From Azolla caroliniana (lineage: Eukaryota; Plantae; Polypodiophyta): a DNA stretch of 64,000 nucleotides. Positions 33,354-45,764 of this stretch are shown here, piece by piece. The translations under genes and the position numbers were made by a program. Numbering within the stretch: the first letter of the stretch is position 1; every line of letters starts with the position of its first letter. The notes under the pieces were generated by a model. It made no database searches. It saw only the letters and a list, made by a program, of their open reading frames with translations, and was not told the origin of the DNA. The stretch spans positions 3,782,001 through 3,846,000 of the forward strand of contig JBHGNT010000008.1 in the NCBI GenBank assembly GCA_043228905.1, written 5' to 3'.

Positions 33354-36300
33354 CAGTTGGGACTTCACTCGGCCGATTTCATTGAGTCTAGGTCCGGTGA
33401 TGACTAAATCATCTACATAAAACAAGATGCAAACCGGACCGTCTGAACCGTTTCGGATGAACAATGAAGAGTTGGACTTAGAGGCCACAAACCCCATCTT
33501 ACACAACCAGTGCGTGATCTTTGCATTCCAAGCTCAGGGGGCTTGTTTCAAACCGTAAAGCGACTTCTTGAGTCGGAAGACTGCTAACTTGTTCATCTCT
33601 GATTGGAAACAGGGGGGGTTGGATCATATAGACCCGTTCTTCAAGATCACCTTGAAGAAAGGAATTCTTCACGTCCATTTGGTGAAGATGTCATCCCCTT
33701 GCCGCAACAACCACCAGTACCACACGAACCGTTGTCATCTTCGCTACCGGAGCGCAGGTCTCGTCGTAGTCGATTCCGTGGGTCTGTGCGTATCCCTTTG
33801 CCACTAACCGGGCCTTGTACCAGTTGATCGAACCGTCGGCATTGTACTTTACCTTGTACACCCACTTGCAACCAATCGGTTTTCATTGTCGGGGTGGGCC
33901 AACTAGGTCCCATGTGTCGTTGGCATCTAGTGCCCACATTTCTTCCTCCATACTAGCATGCCAATTTGCGTCTTTCGCTGCTTCTGCGGAGCTCTCCGGC
34001 TCACACACTTCCGCCACCTTTGTCATGTACGCATAGTGATGCGCCATGTACTCATTGTATATGTACCTCATGAGGGTTTTCTTTTGACGGGCTGACCAAC
34101 GTAACTTTTCATTACCCGATTTGAGGCCCTTCTTGGCCGATTTAGGCTTCATTTCTGAAGATCCGCCTTCTACCTTTCTGGGGTCAGATTCGCTCCGATC
34201 CGACCCTTCATTGTCGGAATCGTATTCCGGCATCTTCTTCTTCCCCTTCTCTTTGCGCGTGAATCGTCTCCTCGGTTCCTTGCGCGGGGAGAGCACGATA
34301 GAGTCTCCACTACTCGTCGATTCTTCATCCGACTGGTCATCTCAACTCAACCGCTCATTTGCCCCACTTAGCCGAAATGAGATCGGACTCTCTTCTAGAG
34401 TGCCGAAGTCTTCATCTTCTTCCTGAACCTCCTCGGGCTCACTAGCCTCATCTTCCAGAATCGGGTCTTCGTTGGGAGTTGGAGTCGGTAGGGTGTACCA
34501 TGATGCCGACTCATCAAACTCGACATCTCAACTTACTCGTACCTGTTTAGTCCGGGGGTTATAACACTTATACCCCTTCTGCACATGCAAGTAACGGATT
34601 ACGATGCATTTCTCTGACTTCGGATCTAGCTTCTTCCGTTTCTCATCCGGTACATGCACATATGCTATGCAACTGAATATCCGAAGGTGTCTCAAATTCG
34701 GTTTCCGCCCGAAATACAGCTCATGTGCTGACACCTTGTCTCTGATCCGGTTTTGGATGTTGACATCCATCTGAACCGCCTCTGCCCAGTAGAATTGGGG
34801 CATGCTCTTCTTCTCCAGCATTGCCCTTGCCACGTCGACAATCGACCGATTCTTCCTTTCGGCCACACCGTTTTGCTCTGGTGTGTATCTGCAGCTGAAT
34901 TCTCTCCGAATTTCGTTCTACTGCAGATAACTGTTGAATTGGCCGGAAAAGTATTCTTTTCCGCCATCCGACCATAGGCACTTGATCTTCCTCTCCGTTT
35001 CCCTTTCGACTAAGCTTTGAAGGTTCCGAAAACAGTCGAAGACTTCACTTTTCTTCTCGATGAGGTAGATCCACGTATGTCGGCTTTAGTCATCGATGAA
35101 GGAGACGAACTACCGACTCCCGCCAAGACTAACGTTTTGTGCTAGTCCCCATACATCCGAATGGATTAGATCAAGCTTGTTACAACTCCGGTTTTGTTTA
35201 ATGGGGAATGGAAGCCGGTGTTGCTTCCCGAGTTGGTAGGCTTCACATATTTGGGCCTTCTGGCCACTAAACTTCGGCAATCTGAACACAAGTTGTTTCG
35301 ATTGTAGATCTTGAAGCCTCTGGTAGTTGACGTGGCCGATCTGCTTATGCCAGAGATCGATACCCGATTCAATCTTCTGTCCTTTGGCAAACATGGCGGT
35401 GTTGACGCCATTATTGTTGAGGATGAACATCCTCCCTTCTCTGTGCCCTTGTGCAATTATCCGGCCTTATTCCTCGATGAAGCACCCGAGGTGCGTAAAC
35501 CGCACCTGCATCCCCTAGTTGACGATTTGTCCAACCGACACCAGGTTCTTTGTGATAGTCGGAATGTGTAGTACGTTCATCAGTTTCCCCTTTTGTTTGA
35601 CATGGCATAAAGGGACTTCTCCGACATGCACAATTGGGTGAGGGTGTCGTCTCCGGTTTCAACAATCCCCGGTTGTTCTGATTTCTCCAAAAAACAGAAC
35701 CACTCTTCATGGCTTGTCATGTGGTTGGACGCTCCGGAATCAACGTAATATACTTCCTCCAATTTGGAAGCAGTCTTCTTCATGGAGTTAGCCTTGTGCT
35801 TCATCACAAAGGCTGACCCTTTACCGGTCTTCCCGATTCCGAATCCTTCCGATCCTTCTGCGTAGTGCGAGATTTGTCAGTTCCCTTGTCCGGCCTTGCT
35901 GGATCCGGATTTATCCGAATTGGCACGCTTCTTCCAGCACTCGCTCTCTCAGTGGCCTTTCTTGGCACAATACTAGCATTCCGTGTCGGTTTTCGATTGC
36001 TGGTTTCCGGCTCCGACTTGACTCCCCCTGCTTGTGGAGGGTCCGGAACTGCTGTCGGCACTGTCTCTGTGGCTTTGGTTCTGCTCTTGCCAACCGCCTC
36101 CATTGCGTCCTGACCCACCTCGTCCTCCACGCCCACGTGGTCCCTCCGTGTACAGCATCCGGTTATCCGATTGAGTGGTCCTCGACCCACTCGCGTGGTT
36201 TTCTTCGACCATCAACATGGATTGTAAGTCGAAGAAGGATGATGGCTTCTTCCACGTGCATATTGTTATCTAGATTGGCCCGTACCGTTGTGCTAGACCA

Positions 36301-37737
36301 CCAAGGCAGATTTGAACCATCTCGTCTTCGTCCATTGTCACGTCGATGGACCCGAGCGCGTCGCAAATCTCCTTTATCATGGTGGTGTAGTCGGTCACGG
36401 ACATATCCCTTTGTCGGATATTGCTAAGCTCTTGTCAAAGCTACAACTTCCGTGCCGTGGTACTAGCGGCGAAATCTTCCGAACATTTTCCCACGCCTCC
36501 TTTGGCGTTTTTGCATCTTTGATGTAGCTGAGCATCTGATCGTGCACACCGGATGCGAGACAGTACAATACTCGGCTCGCTCCTTGCTCCCATGCTGGGA
36601 AGTTTTTGTGTGCTGGCTCCGGTGCTACCTTGCTGGTTCCTTCCACGTAGCTCCAATAACCATGCCCTAGCAAGTACTGCTGCATTTTATATGACCAGGA
36701 CGCATAGTTGCTTCAGTTGAGCTTCTCTGTTGGAAGTGAACTCGCCATACCTCTATCCATCCCTTTCTCTTTCTGTTGTTACCGGTTATTAGGGTTTGTC
36801 TTCGAATGCATCTGTCGGCTACAGAGGTTCTCAACCCTCGTGCTCTGATACCATGTCAAAGTGAACGTGCAGAAGTGTTTGACAAACCGGCTCAGCCGGA
36901 TAGCAGTAGAAAATGAAAGCAGAACTCAACACACACAGTACGCTATCATGAAGAAAACCGGCCTTAGGAGGAATCGATGAATAAGTCGCATGAACCGTCC
37001 CTTACACGCGGGCACAAGTATTGATAAGATGTACATAATTAGGAATAGGTTGGCTGATGTAAATATACTAGGTAGTACACATTTATTAGCTAGGAAATCG
37101 ATGCGTATCTCTGTCTAAAGGGATAGAGAATAAAGATGACGTATTCAGGATGTGACAGCCCTCCCCAGTGGCCTATAAAAGAAAAGGGAAAATGGATGAA
37201 ACATCTATCGCGTTTTAGGAGGACGAAGTGTTGTCGGACTGGGAACCGAGCGCTCTTCTCATTTTTCTTCGTTGAGCTCTGCAGGTTTTGGTCAGTTGCC
37301 TCTGTTCGAGGGAGAAGCCCGTGCGTTTCAGCAAAGGCTCCAGTGTGTGATGTGTGTGTGTGTGTGTGTGTGTCGGTGTTTGCGCGTGGTCGCTCACCGG
37401 CTTGCCGATTGTAATCTCGAAGAGCATTGTATTCGGCTAGTTGTCTTAATTGATTCCTTGCTTGTGAGTCCTCTGCGTATTTGTGTGTGTGTCTCGGCCC
37501 ATTGTTGGCACAAAATCAGACGAGAGTGTGTTACTGTTCATTCTTTGTACGTTGTCACGATAGTCTTTGAGACGGCAAGCACGAGTCGAGGATCGTTCTC
37601 CCGGGTGAGCATTGCGTACCTACTTGCCAGCCCATTGTTTCGCCTTGCTCCTCCCTCTGTTTCAGGTATTCCTCAGTCCAGGGCCGTTGCGGTCCTGCCT
37701 TAGTTTCCTACGCGAGAGTGTAACAACACGACATATT

Positions 37738-37755
37738 TGGTGAACCCGACGTGAA
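37738..37755 (+). other. Primer binding site complementary to the 3' 18 nt of tRNA-Trp (element B)
   Basis: TGGTGAACCCGACGTGAA is the reverse complement of TTCACGTCGGGTTCACCA, the 3' end of plant cytosolic tRNA-Trp as I recall it. It lies 4 nt from the LTR end. Confidence 0.85.
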
Positions 37756-39787
37756 ACAAGGTGGCAAAGGAGTCAAAGATGAGGGGATCAGAACTGGTTG
37801 AAGCCATGGCGACAACCGTTGATTGGATAATAAGTGCTCGCGAGGGCACAGGCACCCTCAACAGGGCCATCAAAGCGATTTTTGGCACAATAGGCTGGTT
37901 CGGCGGGAAGAACGCCACGAGCTATTTAGAGACCTATCGAGCCAAGATGGTGATGAGGGACACCCCGGAGGGCAGGCGACTGGCCAGATTCCTTTAGGTG
38001 GCAACGTCGGGCATCCACGTAGAGGTGGTCGAGGTACAGGCTGGGGGCCGGACCTGGGGAGAATTTGAAGGTCAGCTCCTTGAGAAGTACGGGCTTGATG
38101 ACTCGCTTCGATTATCGAAGAAGGACTTCATGCAGTGGGTGGAGACCGCTGGAAAGGGGAGGAACGAGTCGGTGCTCCTCCGGGAGTTTGAGGAACGCTT
38201 CCCGTGGCTCTTGGCACTAGACAAGATTGTGCTAGACACGAGCCGTGTCCTGTTCGTCAAAGCGGTGGCCGTGCGGGACCGGGAGCAAGTGGGTCTCCTG
38301 CTGGAGACAGATGATGGGTTGACGGCCGATTGGGCCGTGGTAAAAAGAGTCTGTAGCCGTTTCGATAAACGACGTGAATGGGGCGATGAGGGTTCGTCGA
38401 CAGCAAGACCCGTTCCGGCAAGGAAGTTTGAGGAACCTTCGCCGACACGAAAGGAGGAAACCCGGGATTGGCTTGAGATAGGCTCGACCTCAACCGGCGT
38501 GGTCAAAGGCCCATCTGGAGGAGTGGCTCTGGAAGAGCTGACGCAAATGGTGCGCTATCTCCAGATCGTGTAGGCCCAGAGAGACAACGGCAAACAGTCC
38601 CGCGACCAAAGGCCTCCGGCTGGGCAGCAGTGCATGTAGTGCAACGCGGTCGGCCATGTTCGGAAAGAGTGCGCGGATTTTGCAGACGCACTTAGAAGCA
38701 ATGTGGTGTATTTGTGGAACGGGCGAGTGCACGCTAGCGACACCCAGAAAGCCTTCGAGCTGAATCCCGGGCGCGGAGGAATGAAGCGGCTGATGGAAGA
38801 ATCGGCGGCACGCAATACAAAGGTCGTCCACTACTCGGTGTCGGTAGGAATCTGAGTCGGAAGCGACGAAGGCCGAAGGCCGAAAGACGAAAGACTCTAG
38901 ATTCTGGCCGTTGGTGCTAGAAGGCCTCACTGGCGTACGGTTGAGGAAGGAAGAAGCGGACCGTGCAGAGAAGCAGATTCGAGAGGTTACCGGATGGGAC
39001 GACGCAATCGAGGAGAAAACCGGATTCGTGGAAGCGGCCTGCCAAAACTACGAGGTTCTGGTAGAAGATAAGCGTGTGGGAAAGGCCGGAGGGGCCGGAA
39101 CTTCCTAGCGGTGTCCGGCCGAAGTAGAATGATGTCAGTAACACCAACGCATCAGATAGAACGAAGCAGGCCGGTTACCGGCTGAGCATGGAGATTGAGA
39201 GGACGACGGATCTGCGGAAGTTCCTCGAGGAAAGGATTCTCGACAACAAGGTGGAGTTGTCGTTGAGGAAGGTGCTCGGGATTTCAAAGAAGGAGTTCCA
39301 CGATTGCATCGTGGACTTGGTGAAGCGGAAACGGCTCTCGACGGAGCCGGAACCCGAGAAACCCGTGGAGGTGCGAACGACGAACCTGGAGGACGAGTTG
39401 GCGAAGATCCACTATTCGAAGTTGCACTGGGCAAGGGCTACTACGGAAACCCTCGTTCGGGTCAGGGACGTCTAGGAGCCAGTAGTGGCACGGGTGGAAG
39501 ATACGCGTGGCGACGCTCGCCACAGAGGAGCTGCACGGGGCCTGTATGTCTGAAAATCGGCGATGTTGAGATTGATCAATACTTCTTCGTGCAAGAGACA
39601 TCCTCGCACCCAGTGATACTCGGCGAACCGTACATTACAGCGGCATGTATGGAGAGAAAGGTGTTGGATAACGGTTCGGGGTACGCACGCGTGAAGAGCC
39701 AAGATGGGCAACACTCTCCGTTCAATTCTTGATAGTGCGACCAAACCATGAGCGTAACCGCGAGACCCTCGGCGTCGATAGCCGAGG

Positions 39788-39853
39788 GGATTTTTAGAGA
39801 GGGCTATCAAGGCGTGGGGTCACAATAGTCCGGACACTCCGGCAGAACCCCAC
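39788..39853 (+). promoter_or_regulatory. Predicted -1 ribosomal frameshift signal of element B (G GAT TTT TAG plus pseudoknot)
   Basis: Heptamer at 39788-39794, a 6-nt spacer, stem 1 GGGCTAT/ATAGTCC, and loop GTGGGGT pairing with downstream ACCCCAC (39847-39853). Confidence 0.75.
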
Positions 39854-42800
39854 AATTGTACCATAGGAAGGAAGTTTTGTGCTATAGGTAGGAAGTTTTG
39901 GGTCTCTAACGATGGAGGTTGTACAATAGTCGGTGTCCGTGGCCGGGAGAAGAAGAGAGCCGAGGAGCGTTTCAGAGAGTGCAGAGTCCTAAGCCCCGAC
40001 GAAGAAATTAGCAGCGCCATGGAGGTGGTCTCTTTCGACGACACCCTGGGGAAATGGGAAAGGTGATCGAAGAAGGCCTAAGTGAAGACCGGGTGATTCC
40101 GGTTAACTCGGTGGAGATGTATGAAGTCATTGCCGACTTCGAGAAAGGGTCAAGTTTGATCAAACGGCCCGCATGGATACAAGGTACAAGACTGTGGACC
40201 GGAAGGTGAGGCCAGTCATGATATCTTTACCGGAGGGTAGCGAGGAATGGATGAAAGGGGTCGCGTTGGACCCAAGTTTGCGGAATTCGGTTGGCATAGG
40301 ACACCGGTTCACCGACGAAACGCTACGGGAGCTCAAGGTCGGTGGGGGTGGCTTCCTACTACCGGCGGAGGAGGAGTGGTTTCGGAGAATGCTCGGAAGG
40401 AATGGGAAGGCCATCGCATTCTCACCAGAGAAGATCGGGTGTGTAGACTCGACGATCGTGGAACTAGTGCTGATTTTCATGGTATCGCATGTGCCGTGGA
40501 ATCTCAAGCCGATTCCGGTACCAAGAGCTCACATCCCGAAGTTGATGGAGCTGTTGAAGCAGAAGGTGGAGATGGGCATCCTCGAGCCGTCGAGTGCCCC
40601 GTATTCGAATCAATGGTTTATTGTGCCGAAGAAGAACGGCATGCTACGCTTCATTCAGGACTTGCAGCCGGTCAATAAAGTGACCATTCGGAACGCAGGA
40701 ATCAGACCGACCATTAACGAGTTTTCGGAGGCCTTCGTCGGAAGGTCAATCTATTCGGTCGGTGACCTATACTCGGGGTACGATCCGTTCTAACTAGCCA
40801 TGGAGAGCAAGGATATTACGACGATGTAGACTCCTCTCAGCCTAGTGTGGATGTGTACCCTACCGCAAGGAGGGACCAACTCGGTGGCGCACATGGTGAA
40901 TGCGATGAACAAAGTGTTGAGGGATTACATCCCAGACATCACCATGCCATTCTTGGACAACATCCCGATGAAAGGATGCCCGGTGGAAAATGAAGACGAA
41001 TCGGTTGGGCCGGACGATTGTCGGAGATTCGTGGCGGACCACATCGACGACTGCGAGAGGGTGCTACAGAGACTCGAGAGCGCGTTGTCGCATTACTACG
41101 CGCGTGCGTGGAGAAACGAGGTGGGACCACCGGGGTCTTGAACCGAAGAGCAGGTGATAGAAGGGGAAAGAGAAGGAGAGAGAGACCCAGTCACGTATGA
41201 GCAAAGAAACACAGGGGCACGGCCCGTCAACGCAGAAGACGCGAATAGACACAGAGACAGGGAGACATCAGTGTCTGTATATTAACGAATAACAAATACA
41301 AAACAGAGCACGCGAGCGGTTACAACCGAACAGGCCGGCGAACAGATGCCGATGCCTGTTCGTCTGCGCACGAAAAGGGGGGAAGGGTGGAGGTGCTGCC
41401 GGAAGCACACGGGCATTCCTCGAAGCAGCGCGAGCCTCCCGAAAACCCTACAGAGAAGAGTGATGGAGAACGAATCTGAGGAGAAGCGTCCGGTTCCGGT
41501 CCGACAGCACTTCGTCCTCCTTAGTGCACAATACTTTCTCCCTGCATCTCCCTCTCCTTTATAGCTTCAAGAAGGGAGCCGTCTCCCTCATTTACTCCCC
41601 ACCTACCGAATCTAACTACCCGGATATGCCTTTGTACTTAATCCCCTAGTATATACATTAAGGGCGCGCACACGTGAAGAGCCGGTTCACGTGCGCTATG
41701 CACCGATTGCGCCAAGGGATGGTTTTCTTCACGACATCCACCCCCACCTAACCGCGCATCCACCGGTATGCGCCAAAATTGGGTTCTGGTTGGAGAAAAC
41801 CGGCCCGGGTTCCATTTCTTCGTCCATCGGTTCATCCTCCGTTTCGGACTGTTCGCCTTCGCTATCTAGGCCTCCTAGATCCGGTTCGTCGTCGTGGCGC
41901 TTCTTGAACGCTTTGATCCGCTTCCCTGCTACCGGTATCGCCATCCTCGTACCGTCGAGTTCCGCCAGGTGATACGTCTCGTTGTCGTTGGCGCTCGTTA
42001 CCACGTAAGGCCCGAACCACCGCTTCGCAAACTTCCGCGTTGCTCGGTGCTGGTTGTCGAAGCTGCTGTCATACACTAGCACCCAGTCGCCTTCCTCGAT
42101 TTTCTTTGGCCGGAGCCGGCGCGTTCGGTCGAACCGGGCTTTGTTCTTTATCCTCGCCGTCCGAAGTCTCTCCGCCGCTCGTTCCACGTCCTCTGGCCTC
42201 CGCTCGAGCTGCCGTATACGTGTCGCTACCAGTTCTTCCCGACCCATCTCATCTCTCCAGTCGACTGTCGCCCAAGAGGAGATTGCCCGTTCCATCGGCA
42301 TGATCGGCTTTTGTCCAAACATGAGCTCTGACGGCATGAACCCGGTTACCGAACTGTGCGTTGTCCAGTCCGCCCACAAGGCATAGGGTAACAGTCGTGG
42401 CCAGTTCCTGACCTGTCCTTCGCACGCCCGAACTAGCGCTTTGACGATTGGCCCGTGCCCGCGCTCCACCTTCCCGTTCGCCTCCGGATTGTACGCCGTG
42501 GTGAGCGAGAGCTTGACCCCTAACCGGTCGAACAACTCCTCGGCCTCTTCGGCGTCCAACTCCCCTCGGTCAGCCACGATCTTCCCGACGCACCCGTACC
42601 GGCATATCACGTCCTCGATTAGGAACTGACACACGGCCGCAATCATTTTGTTCTGCAGGGCTCGGCCTTCCACCTGGTTCGTCAGGTCCTCCCGGGCCAG
42701 TACCAGATATCGCATCTGCCCTATGCCCATCGGCATCATCACTAGATCTACCATCCATTTGAAGTGGATGGCCGGAGGGTATGTAGGGTGAAGCTCGTCC

Positions 42801-45764
42801 CGATGTCGGACTATGGAGTGCATCTGACAGCTCTCACAAGTTGTCACGAACCGATGCACGTCCCGGTACAGTCCCGGCCACCAGTAATTCCCCTTTAGTT
42901 TCTCGAACGTGGCCCATGTTCCACGGTGTCCAGCCTAGGGGCTGTCGTGGTAGGCCTTCAGCAGCTCCTCCTGTTCTTCCTTCATCGCCACCACTCGGAG
43001 CGGGATGCCATTTCTCTTCTTCAGGTGCTTCCACAAGTATCCACCCCGGAAAAAGAATCGGTACGCTTTCTTCCGGATCCGGTTGGCCTCGTCCTTTGAC
43101 CATGACGCGTCCGGCGTCATTGTCCTTAAGAAACCTCCAATCTGCAGCCACTCCCCGTTGTACTTGCTCTCGTTGAAATCGTTAAGCGCCGGAGTGCTCC
43201 CTCCCTCAGTTGTTACGTAAGCCGCCTCGAAGAATTCTACGCTGACTTCCTCGTCCTCCGAAACCATGCCGCCCTCGTCGTTGAATCGCGCCCTCGAAAG
43301 CATGTCGGCCATGGCATTGTCTTTCCCGGAAATGTGTCGTATTTCTGGATCCAGGGACTTGATGTACACTATCCACCTGAGCATCGCCAGGTCCGGGGTT
43401 GCGCATCCAGAAACCATGCCGAGAATCGGCAGGCAGTCGGTCTCGATAATCACTTCTGTCCCGATTAGATAGTCTTTATCGGCCCGCACCGCCGAAACAA
43501 TACCCAGAGTTCTAGTTTAACCTGGTCGTATCCTCGTTGTCGCTCGTTGAGGACCTTCGCGCCGAACTGGATTGGGAACCGAATGCCGTTCTCATCTTCT
43601 TGGTTGACGACCCATCCGATCCCGGCCGGACTCGTATCTACCGTTATGTAGATGGGAGTGCCTTTCTCGTAGACAGCCTTCCGGAGTGCCGGTGCTGCAG
43701 AAAGAGCCTCCTTCATCTTTCGGACCGACTCCACATGCTCGTCTCGCCACTCGAATTTTCGCCCCTTTTTCAGCAACCCGTATAGCGGCTCGGCAATGTG
43801 GGCGTAATGCGGGATCCATATGTGGTAGAACGCGCATGCTCCCAAAAACCTCCATACCTCCGTGATCGAGTTATAGTCGGGCTTCATTGAGGAGATGGCT
43901 TCCACCTTATCCGGAGACGGTTTCCGGCCATACGGCCTGCATAGATGTCCGACGACCATGATCTCTGATTGCCCGAAGGCCGATTTCTCCCCGGAGAATG
44001 TGAGCCTCGTGTCCTCTAGCCTCTGCAGCACCCTCTCGCAGTCGTCAATGTGTGTCGCCACGAATTTCCGGCATCCGTCCGGTCCGATCGTTTCGTCCTT
44101 TTCCCCTACCGGACATCCCTTGATCGGGATGTCGTCCAAGAATGCAATGGTGATGTCCAGGATACAATCCCTCAGCACCTTGTTCATTGCATTCACCATG
44201 TGGGCCACCGAATTCGTCCCTCCTTGTGGCAGGGTGCATATCCGCACTAGGCCGAGAGGAGTCCGCATTGTCGTAATGTCTCTGCTCTCTACGGCTAGTT
44301 GGAACTGATCGTACCCCGAGTACAGATCACCGACCGAGTAGATCTACCTTTCGGCGAAGGCCTTCGCGAACTCGTCTATCGTTGGTCCGATTCCTGCGTT
44401 CTGAATGGTCACTCTGTTGACCGGTTGCAGGTCTTGAATGAAGCGCAACGTCCCGTTCTTCTTCGGTACGGTAAACCACCGGTTCGAGTACGGGGCACTC
44501 GACGATTCGAGGATGCCCATATCGACTTTTTGCCTCAATAGCTCCATCAGCTCCGGGATGTGAGCTCTCGGTACCGAAATCGGTTTGAGATTCCACGGCA
44601 CATGCGGTACCGTGAATATCACCATCGGCTTTACGACTGTCGGGTCTACGCACCCGATTTCTTCTGGTGAGAATGCGAAGGCTTTCCCGTGCCTTCCGAG
44701 CATTCTCCAAAACCGGTGTCGTGAAGATCCGTCACTACGCGCGGATCGTGAGGCGGAACCGCCGGGGTTCTGGACCAGAAGGATTTAGAGTCAATACAAG
44801 CTTTGGCGAGAAAGTACTTAAGATAGATTGGGAAAGAGAGAAGTTGAGATTACACGATCAATTTGATAACGAATTTCTTCCTCTTAATTTTCATAAAAAA
44901 AAACCGTGTTTTTTCTCCTCCCCCTTCCCTCTTTTATAGATGCTCTCATGCATATGATGCATGTGAGGGTACAAGACATACATAAATTGCATGTTTGCCA
45001 TTTGGCGCTTAAGTATTACATGTGGTGCATGATAACCATGTCACTCATTTTAGCTCTCATGTATGAGAATTTACATGTAAAAGTACAATGATAGAAATAT
45101 AATTTCAACTAAATAACATGGCTTAATGGTAAGCCAATTGACTCTTAACTTGGAGGTGCAAGGTTTGAATCCATACTTGCCCTCCTTGTATATGTAAATA
45201 TGTATATATATTTATATATTTATTTATCTAGTCGTCGGACGCCGATTCGCCGGATACCGTCGTCGGATACCGGTGCCCCGCCGGATGCCGTCGGATCACC
45301 GGCTCCATCGCCGGTCCGGTTTTGGTTGGCCAAAACCCTTTACGAGTAGCTAGCCACCTCCACTCTTAATTCAAGTTACCTTGAACTCTCTATGCTCCAC
45401 ACATAGACACAAAGATAATATCTTTTGCTCCACCTTATATATGATGAGAGCCGTATTTGTCGTGCCTATGTGGGATATCTCACAATTTTCTCTTTTCTTT
45501 TCACAAACTTTATACCCTCATATCTTGACATTTAGTTGTCCATTTCTCTGTAATAAAGTGCATTCGAAACCTCTATCATTTTGTACTTAGAAATTAAAAA
45601 TGTTATCTTCACAATTATTGTATTACGTGATTCATACTCGATTTCGTACGTTTTATGGGATTTTCACACTATTGCCGAAAATCTTCACGACATCCACCCC
45701 CACCAAACCGCACGTCCTCTAGTACGTGCCAAGAAGAGAAGAAGTGAGATTTCGGCTACGATGA

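Noticed and set aside
45112-45185. Functional tRNA-Lys gene
   Set aside because: The acceptor and anticodon stems do not pair, the B-box has C>T, and the second copy has a changed loop (CTCCTAA). It is kept only as a tRNA-derived segment.
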